64,000 bases of DNA from Epithemia pelagica (taxonomy: Eukaryota; Protista; Bacillariophyta). The stretch's first letter is position 1, and the number at the start of each line of letters is the position of its first letter. Positions 21,465-32,225 of the stretch are shown piece by piece. Under the pieces are notes generated by a model that saw only the letters and a program-made list of their open reading frames with translations, made no database searches and had not been told where the DNA came from. The DNA lies in NCBI GenBank assembly GCA_946965045.2, contig OX337234.1:1922001-1986000 (forward strand). Reading direction: 5' to 3'. The translations under genes were made by a program, and so were the position numbers.

Positions 21465-22456
21465 TTCGAACTATTGTCTGACAAAAGCCATGACAAGCTC
21501 GCATTGAAGACTTGTATTTTGGAGCATCAAGAATCCTTATTTCTAGTTTGTAGGCAAAGTGTCACACCTCGCGTTGCAGGTAACGTTCCCGACTAGGCGG
21601 GTGAGCTGAATCAAAAATCAGTTAAACCCTATCTTCTTATCAATAGAGTCTCTAAGACTATGAAAAACGCGAGTGCCAACTGAAACGACCTAGAACCTCT
21701 GTGAGAGGAGCATATGGAGTTGTCTTGGGGAGAAAGACGGCTGTTGAGTCATAAAAGGACTCTTGTTATCATATTGCTGTGTATGAAAGTCTAGATTTGA
21801 GGTAGTGGCGGAGTCGAATGTTGAGTCAGATCATAAGTCTGCTTTTTTATTCTCGTGGCTGCAGAATTGTCATTTATCATATCTTCTGGCGATTTCTTCC
21901 GATGTGTCATGCGTTATCTTCTCTCTGGCGATTGGTGAATGGAACTACTGAAATGAATTGCTCCCCCGAGAAACCGCGCTCTAGTAGGGGCACGAGGGCA
22001 TATGATCTCGTCTGAAATGTAGACGGGGGGGATATTTTTGAAAGTTCGAAGTGGCCAAGTTCATCATGACTTTACTTTGTTGAGAACTCTCCCGTGTCCC
22101 TTGTGACTCGAAGCATGCTGTTGAATCCGAAAATGTTGCGTTGTGGAGATGGATCTGGTTCCAGTGTCGGCGTGCGCGTCCCGCCACATGGTGACCCCTG
22201 GCACGGATTTTTCTCTCTTTCCTTATTTAGTTTTTTGGTCTTGATCATGTACTGGCGCCGGCACAGCTTTTTGGACTCGTTCCATTGATTGTGGGCACGC
22301 GTTGTGATGTTCTATCATTGGTAATGTAATATGACATGAACCATGAACCTATTATTTCAGCCCTGACGCAACCAATACGACAAGAGATTGGCCATTAAGA
22401 CGACCAAGAAGACATCGGAAGTTTAGACGGGACAACCACTTCCCGACGATTTAAAA

Positions 22457-25400
22457 ATGATTGCTTCATCATCTCTAAAACGGTTGTCCGTCGCAGTGGT
22501 GGTGCTGTTCATCCATCAACCGATCGACATTTGGACTTTGGCGAGATTTACTGAAATCGGTGACAGCGATAATGATCATGCCAACAGAAATGTTGACCAT
22601 GCAAAGCGTCAGATTGACTGGGTGCGATCCAAAGGGGGGTTTGTAACCTCAAAGGTTGCAATTAGGCGTGTTGATCCCAACGATGATACATCTCAACTTG
22701 GTGTATTTGCCACGGAAGATATTCAAGAAGATGAGATGATTCTATCGATCCCACGTGAATGCTTGATTACAAGTGAACAAGAGAAACCTGATTGGGTCTG
22801 TCGAACGTCACGCAATCTCGCTCGAGAAATGAAACTTGGCAGTAAATCCAAGTATGCGCCATACATAGAGTACCTCAAAACGCTCCCCTATGGTCAGTTG
22901 CCGAGTATGTGGAGCGCAGGGGGGAAAGATTTGCTTCTCCAGGTGACCGGAGGAACAGACGAGGCGGATGATCAAATCATACCACCTTTTGGTCCAGCAG
23001 CATGGCTTGACAACGAATGGCGCAGAGAATGCAACGGTTCAAATGATCGGAAGAAACAACACGCGTTTCTACTAGTGATTCAGCGTGGTTGGGATGACCT
23101 TCTTATTCCACTTTATGAGCTATTCAATCATCGGAACGGAAAATGGCTTAATACAAAAAGCAACCGTGTTCATGATTCCAGTCAAGACGTTCAAGTCTAT
23201 GCGTCAAAATTGATCAAGGCTGGGGACGAAATTTATGGCAGCTACACACATTGTGAAGATTGTAGAGGAAGGGTGGATAACTATGGTACTCCCGAATTAC
23301 TACGGGATTATGGTTTTGTGGAGCAGTACCCTCAAAAGTTCATTTTCAGAGAGCAGGGAGTTGCATTTACCGTTGATCTGCCGCCCGATGATGATGACGA
23401 ACTGCAGTTGATCTGGCATTCCGAGGAAGTAGGCCCAAATGACAGCGATAAACTCGAGTTCTTTGCAGAGCAACTTAAGCGCCTGCGCCAGGTGTACTCC
23501 ATGTATATGAGATTTCGTAATGAAGGCATTCCATCCTCCGAAATGCATACACTCCGCTTATTCACTCAGTCCTATATTTTGGCCATCCAACTTTTGCTTG
23601 ACGTGGCCACTGGCGTGACTTGTGCAACACCCCCGGAGGAAGATGGAAAAGCGATTGCAACAGGGCAATGTTACATTTCTTCACAGCGTTACAGCAAACT
23701 CGACAAGCCTTACGAGGACTACGATTTGCGCACCTGTGACAAGGACGTTTCATTGGATTTCTCGTCGTACTATCAACTGGATCAAATTCAATCACATTAC
23801 CAGGTCAGCTCCTACATACAAAGTCCGTATACCAGGGATACTTGCTTTGATCTGGGTACGTGTAAGCGGTGATTGTGGCTTCAGATCATTCTTTTTCTTC
23901 TCACAGCCTGGTTTGTGTCCAATGCTTGGCTCTCAGATGATATTTATCAAATATGTGGAAGTTACCGTCCTCACTACCGTACGTCGTCGGTTATGCTTGA
24001 TTTCAAATCCATCACCCTATGTTCTCACGATATATTGTGCTGAACGATTTGAATTTTTCTAGATGAGATGGTGGTTCATTACACAGCCCGCTTCCTTTCC
24101 AAAGTTGAGCGTGTCCTGTTTGTAGGTGGTGGGGATAGGTGAGTCTCAGGTTTACCAAACTCTCCCCTTTCAATCCGGAAGCTAACTCTTTTCCTCAGCA
24201 TGTTGCTTCATGAGGTCCTCAAATACCCCAAACTGGAATTTGTCGTCGGACTAGAGCTAGGTATGTTTCGAATCATTGTTGTTGTCTTCTCGTTGTTATC
24301 GACTTCTCAGCTCGTCTTGTATGTTTCAGATCAAACGGTGACAAGAGGGGCATTCAAACACTTTGGAACGCAGCCACATTGGGACAATGAAAAGGTGCAG
24401 TGGTGGTACGGTGATGCTGCCAAAAGCTTGCTTATGCTTCCAAAGGAATACTTCGGAACTTTCGATATGGTGTTGGTGGACCTCAGTGAAACTGTGATGA
24501 GTGCCCTTGTCACAAAGGATTTGGATATCATGTCGGCGCTTTCGTTGCTTCTGAAGCCCGAGGGTATCTTTGTCAAGGTACGTGTGGAAGCATACACATC
24601 CTATGTGCGGACTCACAAAGAAAAGGGCTTACATGTAAGTTTGTGCAGAATGAATTATACTTCGAAAAACTGAACCCAATTTTCAAGCACACAATCCAGG
24701 TACATTTTTACGATGTACCTGTTGTCTGCAGTCAGAGCTTGTGCCTTGGAAGTAACGGTTTAGATTTCATCCATCGAGAGTTGACTGACCACAAAGTTGA
24801 GACTAAGCTTGCATTGTTAGACAATGTTGATCACGACCTCGAAATTGTTCATGACTATTTGAGCAACCCCAACGCAGAAAAGCATTGTGCCACAGATGAA
24901 GAGAAAGAGGAACAAGCTGAACAAGAGACAAGTCCCGGTGTTCTCATGATCGTTGAAGCGGAAAATGCCAGTGCCGTTCTTGCTCCCTCCAGTGCCCTCG
25001 AAAGTGTTCTGGTTCCAGCGTTGAAAAAGGAGGGCCTCTCAGTTGTATCTACAGTTGTGTCAGATGATGGTTCAGGCGTGGTTCTGATATCCATATTGAG
25101 AGAGGGGTATGTGGTTGCACGAACATGGCCGGAACACAAATATTGTGCATTTGACATACACCTATGGAGTAGCTTTGACAATCACGACAAAATCAAGCAA
25201 TCGTTGGTAACAGCTGTTGGTGGAGAGTCTCAATCCACTTCCTCGTATCGAATCGTGGCTGGCGGTATGTTTGGCCTGAGCACGTGGAGAGAAGATTACA
25301 AAGCTCGCGGTCCAAAATTCACGCAAGATTGCAGCAAGCCTCCAGGACCAGATCAAAGTTCGAGTATGGACTCCGAAACTATCGATAGTATACTTGTTGA

Positions 25401-26499
25401 TATGATGGATATCAGTGGATGGAAAAATGTTGTTGCAGCCGTAACGTGCGGGCCAAAGGACCAAGAGTGCCACAGCATTGGTCTCGTTTCAAAGCACTCG
25501 TCTGTTCGCAAGACGATTCCGCTTCACACCTGTCAGGTCATGCACGGCATCGAGAACCATGAAGATAGCGCGAGTGAACAGTATGCATGCGAGTTGGAGT
25601 TGTTGGACCTCTTGATAGGGTCGACCAACGATGGTGATAAGATTTCACTTCTTGTTGTGGACATCTCAGCTTCTTTCGCCTTGGCCCAAATTATCAACAA
25701 AATTGCCGTACGCCTCGCAAACAAGATATTCACGGAGGATATACAGGTGGTTGCCCCGATAGAAGATTCAACAGAAACTTGGAGAAAACATTTTGTGGAT
25801 GAGTTCAGAGATGTCATTCCAGAGGAGCCGGCATTCATGGCTGATGTATTGTTTAACGGTACATCAAATAGTCTGCAGATTGTAAGCTTTCTCTCCGGTG
25901 ACGATCATTTCATCACTCACATGAAAGAATCCGTTCAAAGCATTGAATCGCGGACTGGCCTCGTGGCTGACATTCGTGGCTTTGGAGGAGGAGGTTTCAA
26001 GTTTCAAGAGAATTTCGAAGCATCTCAGTGGTTCTTGCCCGGGGATTACGATCAACGAGGCCCCTATGAACAGTGGCAGTCCCAGCAGCCCACAGGCCAT
26101 CAGTCAATAGTTCAGTTACAGGCGCACGGCGAAGGCAATGAAACAGAGTTGTCCACGGGCACAGTGAAAGATTTGTTGATTAACTCACTTTCAGCCTTGG
26201 AAATAGAAACCAGCATTCCTCCTCAAGAATTGGACATCGGAGATGGCAGTGTGATTGTTGCATTTTTGTCAGATGGAACGGGGCATATAGTGACCTTATA
26301 CGATGGCAGAGATCACATGTCGTTGAACATTTTTCTCTACGAGGAGTCATTCTCTTTTGCTGACGACTTGGGATTTGAATTCAAGCAAAGGAAGCCGTCA
26401 CTTGCTGCTGCTTTGTTTGACGAAATGCCCAGAGGCTACGGCCGAGTGGTGAACTTTCTCGATGGCCAGGAACGTCGTGGAGAGCCTCACTGGGTTTAG
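22457..26499 (+). CDS. Multidomain SET methyltransferase + aminopropyltransferase (spermidine-synthase-like) + two degenerate AdoMetDC-like domains, 1225 aa (exons 22457-23855, 23937-23978, 24063-24138, 24199-24260, 24330-24577, 24649-26499)
   Basis: Five canonical GT-AG introns give one open frame of 3678 nt. Hydrophobic N-terminal leader. SET motifs LIPLYELFNH, GDEIYGSY, LLRDYGFVE. APT motifs YHEMVVH, VLFVGGGDS, GLELDQ, YGDAAK, FDMVLVDLSE, LKPEGIFV. AdoMetDC-like ILREGYVVARTWPEHKYCAFDI, plus a second, weaker copy near the C-terminus. Confidence 0.85.
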
Positions 26500-26563
26500 G
26501 TCTGCACATGCAACCATAGAGACCCCATGGTGAAAATGATCATATAGGAATAGTCTTCACTTA

Positions 26564-27368
26564 GGCTATCTCCACCCGAGCGCCGCTATGCTGACGTATT
26601 TGGGCTTTCTGATTGGCTTCGCTATCCGGATAGCGGATTAGCGGAGCCAAAGGGAAATAAACTCCACGATCTCCGTTAAAAGAACGCCGCTATCTCGCGT
26701 TGCGCGTACGCATTGCGCATATGCCCTCTCTTGTTTCGGTTAAAAAGGGGTGCGACCGCGGAAGTTGCGGAATTCAAACAAGCAAGACAATCAACGAGAG
26801 CACAAAGCATAAACCAAAGATGGAGGACTCGTTGTTCTCCCTCTTCATTGTTGACTGTCATGGTGAATCATGTTGTTGTTCATGGCCAATGTAGATGTAG
26901 GTTGTAGTTTGCAGTCCAATCGTCCTATTGTATTCCCTGTCCCATTTCCGATTGATTGTTTGATAATCGAACTCATCAATAGTTTGAATGATGCATTTGT
27001 TTGATTGTTGCATTCCTTCCGATCCGTGATCCTCGAATCATCTTGCTGTGCATGTGCATGGTTCTTGTCCCATTGTAGGAAGTAGGGAACACAACAATGG
27101 AAAAAGAGATGGTAAGCGATCGTCACAATCAATACGTGCCATTGCCATGTTTTCGACACGAGAGATTCAAAGTTTCACTTTTGGCAGCAGACGTTAATTT
27201 ATTAATGCCGACGGTTATATTTTGCTCCGCTATCCGCTATTTTCCCCGCTATTCGGGGCCCCCAATAGCGGCAAAAATAGCGGATAGTGGCGCTGGTTAG
27301 CGGTTAGAGGAGATGGTGGAGTTCGATAGCGGTTTTGGGGCCTTTAGCGGGCCCGGGTGAAGATAGCC
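26564..27368. mobile_element. MITE copy 2 (805 bp), same family and orientation as 17987-18751
   Basis: Left TIR GGCTATCTCCACCCG preceded by TTA. Right TIR CGGGTGAAGATAGCC has one mismatch and is followed by CTC, so the TSD is not intact. The body is collinear with copy 1 apart from small indels and substitutions. Confidence 0.85.
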
Positions 27369-27514
27369 CTCACTCATTGACTGATAGTTCGACATAGAAG
27401 GGTTGGGTGTTGGCTGTTGGGTCGTGTGTCGTGTGGTCGTTGGTCGTGCGTGTTGTCGGCATTTCTCCACGTAAAGTATCCGCGACTGCGCCATGGACGT
27501 TCCCAGTTCCCACC

Positions 27515-29379
27515 ATGACTTCTCACAATGAAACCATGTCCAGTGCAGATAAACCAAATGGTAGTACCAGTGGCGGTGTTCGAGGCTGGTGGGGGAGTAT
27601 ACAAAGAACCTTTGAAGCAAAACAAGAAGAGAAACGAAAGGCTGATGAAGCAAAGTCGATAGGCAAAGTCTGGAACCCAGAAACTAAATCATGGGAGTTC
27701 TACTTCTTGGACGCCGAGCGCATAGAAATCGAGAGCATCGAGAAAGAAAAGGCTGGAAAGAACGACACAACTACCAGTGAGGATGAACGTCCCGTGAAAG
27801 ATCGTGCCTATTATGATCTGTTGGGAGTTTCGACAAGTGCAACAGCTGGGGATATAAAGAAAGCTTACTATAAGAAGGCCAGGGCTTGTCATCCCGACAA
27901 GAACCCGGGCGACTCTGAAGCTGCAGCCAAATTCCAAGAACTTGGTCATGCCTACAACGTCTTGAGCAATGAACAACTACGGGCAAACTATGACAAAAAC
28001 GGAATAAGCGAAAGTAGTACACAGGAGACCATGGAAGTTGATGTCAGTATTTTCTTCAATGTCATGTTTGGAAGTGAACTCGTGACCCCTTATATCGGTA
28101 AGTATTATCTGTCTGATAAAAGTGGTTCTCTTTATCACTATTTGTCACCATTCTTGAGGCTACTTGATACAACTTTCCACAGGTGAACTATGGATGTCCC
28201 AAATGGCAGATAGTTTGATGTCCCAGGAAGATGGTGATCTTAGTCCAGAGGAAATCGAACAGTTGGATGAAGACACCAAGCGTGAAATGATGGAGGAAAA
28301 GATGAAAGTAATGAGTGAAGAGTCAGAGTTCCGACAAAGAAAGCGTCGGGTAGACTGTGCCTTTAATTTGCGCGAAAGAGTTAGTTCCTATGACCCCCAA
28401 AATCGCGAAACCTTTATCCAAGGGGCACGTGCGGAAGCCATGCAGATTGCTTCTGGTTCTTATGGAGCTACCTATTGCAAGACAATTGGGTTCGCTTGGA
28501 TGGTCGCTGCTGAAGAATACCTTGGTTTCGAGAATACATTCCTTGGTATGGGTGGTCACTTGGCCCGATGGCAACGAGGAGCTGCGAGGTAAGCAGGAAT
28601 CTCGATCAAAACTTATGTCAAACGCTATCATTCTCAGTATATCCCGGTCTCCTACCACTTGATCCACATTGCAGCTTCGGAGGTGAAATGAAAATGATTG
28701 GCGCTGGCATAAAGGCAGTAAGCGGTAAGTTTTGTCTGTGTTGATAACAAAACCGAGAGTCCCCTAGTCATGATCCAGACCTGAAACTGAAAATTGATGG
28801 TGTTCTTTGGGCCAGCCGGAAGTCGCGCAATGGAAAAGGTTGAATCATTACAGGATGAGAAAGATGAAGAGAAAGCCGCTCAACAGGTGCAGCAGACTAT
28901 CGACGATGGTCTTCCCGCATTCTTGGAATTTGCATGGGCGGTGAACAAGGTTCGTATGGAAAAAGCGCATGTTCTTTAGACTCTCGTTTGGCCCCGTCAC
29001 ACGATCTCACATGTCATTGTGATCATCTTGCGTTTCATCAACGCTACTTCAGCGTGATATTCAAAGCACTCTCAAGGAGGCTTGCAAGAAAGTTCTACAA
29101 GATGCTGGAGTCCCCAAAGAAGATCGCCTGGTACGCGCTGAAGCCATTAGAACATTGGGTAAAGAGTTTCACTCCGTTGGGGTGATGATGGCCAAGTCTA
29201 CGAAACAGGATGCCGAAGATATCAAAGCACGCGTCGCTGTTGCGTCAATGGCCACAATGGCAAAGGCTCAGGGACAGGAAATGACGGAGGAGGACCAAAA
29301 GGAGATGATGCAACAAGCGAAGGAGCAGATGACAGCTGCCCCTGTGACAGCCGAGAGTGAAGAAACAAGCACGAGCTGA
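27515..29379 (+). CDS. DnaJ co-chaperone with J domain and DnaJ-X domain (Caj1/Djp1/ATJ10-like) (exons 27515-28097, 28183-28588, 28675-28725, 28816-28949, 29053-29379)
   Basis: YYDLLGVS..DIKKAYYKKARACHPDKNPGD..FQELGHAYNVLSNEQLRANYD (HPD motif). Four GT-AG introns restore the frame through RQRKRRVDCAFNLRERV and RDIQSTLKEACKKVL. Confidence 0.88.
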
Positions 29380-30117
29380 AAATTAAGCGAAGTATGGCTT
29401 CACAGGAAGTCGGCTTGCACATGAAATGACAATCTCTTTGAGCAACTCATCGAAATGAATCTGAGAGATCCAGCAATCCCGCATAGTATCAGTTCTTGAG
29501 CTCACAAGAAGCACCCTAATAGACCTTATTGGAGCCATGAATCGATTGATAGTGTGAGATAGCAACTGACATCTTTGCGTCTTCATGCATGTCTGTGGAT
29601 TCCACATTCAACGGCAGCTGACGAAATGCCCATCAGAAACGTTCCGCTACGCCTAATGCTTTGGACGCCGAGCCTCTTCATCTCAGCGTACACGGGGTGG
29701 TGGCTGACCTTGATTTGTTTTGTACACGTGATGGTTTCTCCCTATCTCGATTGCGGTAATGCTATCAGCTACTCCTATCCCCCAACAAAACTCTACTTCC
29801 ACTCCCAAGCGCTCGGAACAGATACAGTGAGATAGGTTATGCGCAGTACTTCCGAATTGCTCGTGGTAGGCATGAGCTCCGGGTTGTCATTGAAGCAAAA
29901 CACGACCAAACATATCCACAATCCACACGTTTTGTCGTTACAAGTACTTCCGGATTTGGTACTCATTATTTCACACTCCATCGGTTCAGAAAGAGTCGCG
30001 CAATCCCAACTTGGGATTTGGGATACACTACACACCACACGCCTACCTTGCGTTTTTTGCATCGTGCATCGTGTCGCTGTCACAAAAAAGAAAAGACTCT
30101 CCAAAGACAAAGGGACT

Positions 30118-31806
30118 ATGAGAATTGGTGATTTTGTCTCCACTCCCTACGGGGAAGCCAAGTTGACTTTATATCGTGAGACAGATAAAACGTATGTACT
30201 TCGCCTGCCTTTCGGCATTCTCTATGCAAACAAGGAGACGATTTCTGCAGTACAAGAAGAGAAAGAGGCGAAGGATGCCCTCGTCCGCGCCAAAAAAGCA
30301 ACGGAACTGGGCGAGGCTTATGCGTCTCTCGAGACCATGAGGAAATTCAATCTTGAAGTCGCTTGTCAGGAATGTGGAATTCAACATGTCGACTACGAAG
30401 AATGTACTGCATGTTTGTTGGAAGGAGCGGTCGCTGCGCGGGCAGCGAGTATGTCGGGTCGCTTCTCGAGCATGTTCAAGCCATCGGATAGTATGCCGCG
30501 GCTCAAGCGCTTTGTGGAAGAGCGTGAAAAGAAGAGTAAACCGGATCGATGCTTGACCTGTGGAGCCCCATGTTGTGCCAAGCATTCGTCGGCAACTTTT
30601 CGTCGAGAAGGAATCACCGTGTGCAGCGAGTGTGAAGGTGTGTTCCAGATGGATTTCATTGTGGACTGCATGACATTGAATAAGAAAGAGCGCCAGGCCA
30701 AGGTGGACAAATTAATTGACCTGTACGATCGAGCGGTATTACTTCTGAAATTTTCAGCTCAATATATTGACGAAGTGGCTGACAGCCTTGAAGATACCAA
30801 GAAACGACACAACCATCTCAACGTCGGAGGTTCTTCGGCTGGCATTGTTTCTGGTGTACTGGGCGTTGCAGCTGCTGTGACAATACTGACACCAGCAGGA
30901 GCTCCTTTATTGCTTGCCTCGTTAATGCTTGGGACTGGAGCTACTGCTGTTCAGACGGGAACCGAAGTCAACAGCAGATACTTTAGTGAACCCAATAAGG
31001 TCGCGGATAGAATCATGGCCACTCATGGAATGCTTCTTTCCGTCCTTACTGTAACAGGAACGTTGCGTGATGCCGCTACAAGAGATCATATCCGAACAGA
31101 TGCCTTTGAAGACGACTCTCCAATATTGAGGGAACTTCAAAAGAACCACATCAAAAATCGCCAGGCTTTGCTGGCTGGAATGACAGCTGGACGCTTCTCC
31201 CTCGCAAGCGCGGAACTTCTGGGCCTGGCTGAGGGTGCCACCATTGCGAGAGGTGCCCGTTTATTTTCTCGATCTGGTACGGCAGCCATGCGAACACTTC
31301 GTTTTGCGCGCTTTGCAGGAGGTGCCTTGGCAGCAGCTACATTGTTGGTGGAAGCCAAAGGCATGCATAACACCGTTGAAGCAATCCGAGCTGGTTCTCC
31401 CTGTGAAAAGGCCGAGGCACTACGACACATTCAACTGGAAATGCCCGATCTCCCGACTACAGCCGATCTTGAGAAGGAATGCACTGCATACTTAAACTAC
31501 ATGGACAACAGAGGTCGTCAAATGAAGGAGGAGGAAGCAATTCAGCTATTGTTGGAAGTTTCGGAGGCTGCACAGAAAGAGCAAGAGCAGAGGGAAAAAG
31601 AAGAGAAGGAAAGAGAGGCAGCCGCCGCCAGAGAAGAAGAGCAAAGGAGAAGCGAGGAAGGTCAAGAACGGGAAGGGGAACTGATTGTGGAAGGAGAGTC
31701 CTCTGTGACAGATGCGACAGAGAGCGTAGCTTCGAAAGAAAGCAGTCGCAGCATGGGGGCTTCTCTACTGGAACGCATTCAACGACACAAACAAACGCAA
31801 CAATAG
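30118..31806 (+). CDS. Zn-finger + apolipoprotein-L-like protein, paralog B (562 aa, intronless)
   Basis: MRIGDFVSTPYG..LPFGILY; ECTAC..RCLTCGAPCCAKHSS..VCSEC; NVGGSSAGIVSGVLGVAAAVTILTPAGAPLLLASLMLGTGATAVQTGTE; FARFAGGALAAATLLVEAKGM..GSPCEKAEALR; acidic coiled-coil tail. Confidence 0.7.
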   Translation: MRIGDFVSTPYGEAKLTLYRETDKTYVLRLPFGILYANKETISAVQEEKEAKDALVRAKKATELGEAYASLETMRKFNLEVACQECGIQHVDYEECTACLLEGAVAARAASMSGRFSSMFKPSDSMPRLKRFVEEREKKSKPDRCLTCGAPCCAKHSSATFRREGITVCSECEGVFQMDFIVDCMTLNKKERQAKVDKLIDLYDRAVLLLKFSAQYIDEVADSLEDTKKRHNHLNVGGSSAGIVSGVLGVAAAVTILTPAGAPLLLASLMLGTGATAVQTGTEVNSRYFSEPNKVADRIMATHGMLLSVLTVTGTLRDAATRDHIRTDAFEDDSPILRELQKNHIKNRQALLAGMTAGRFSLASAELLGLAEGATIARGARLFSRSGTAAMRTLRFARFAGGALAAATLLVEAKGMHNTVEAIRAGSPCEKAEALRHIQLEMPDLPTTADLEKECTAYLNYMDNRGRQMKEEEAIQLLLEVSEAAQKEQEQREKEEKEREAAAAREEEQRRSEEGQEREGELIVEGESSVTDATESVASKESSRSMGASLLERIQRHKQTQQ

Positions 31807-32225
31807 CAAAAAGAACATGCGTGATGACTCTTGTGGACCACAATGGAACGCAGCTCAATCGGATGTCCGCCTATAACAAGATCCTGAACGCAGAGGTCAG
31901 CTTCAGCTTGGAGAGAATCTGGTCCTTGGCACGGGAGAGAAGATCTGCATTGTCCTTCAACTTTTCCACCCGCGGATCAAATACTTGTGGAAAAGAGTTT
32001 ATTTTGGAAAATGCTGGGCGAGTAATCACTTGGTTAGGCGCTAATAAGCTGATCGAGTCCTCTTCCTGCACGATTGATCGCTTAGAGGTCACTATATAGG
32101 ATAAAGAATCATGTTATCATCAGAGATAGGGGCGTATCCAATCTTTGGGTGCAAGACCAGGTAGCATTACGGTGAAATAGCTGCAAGCGAGAGCCCCAGG
32201 CTCATCTTGTATTTAACTCGACATT

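Noticed and set aside
29839-30117. 93-codon in-frame extension upstream of ApoL-like paralog B
   Set aside because: No counterpart in paralog A; homology begins at ATG 30118, so it was treated as 5' non-coding.
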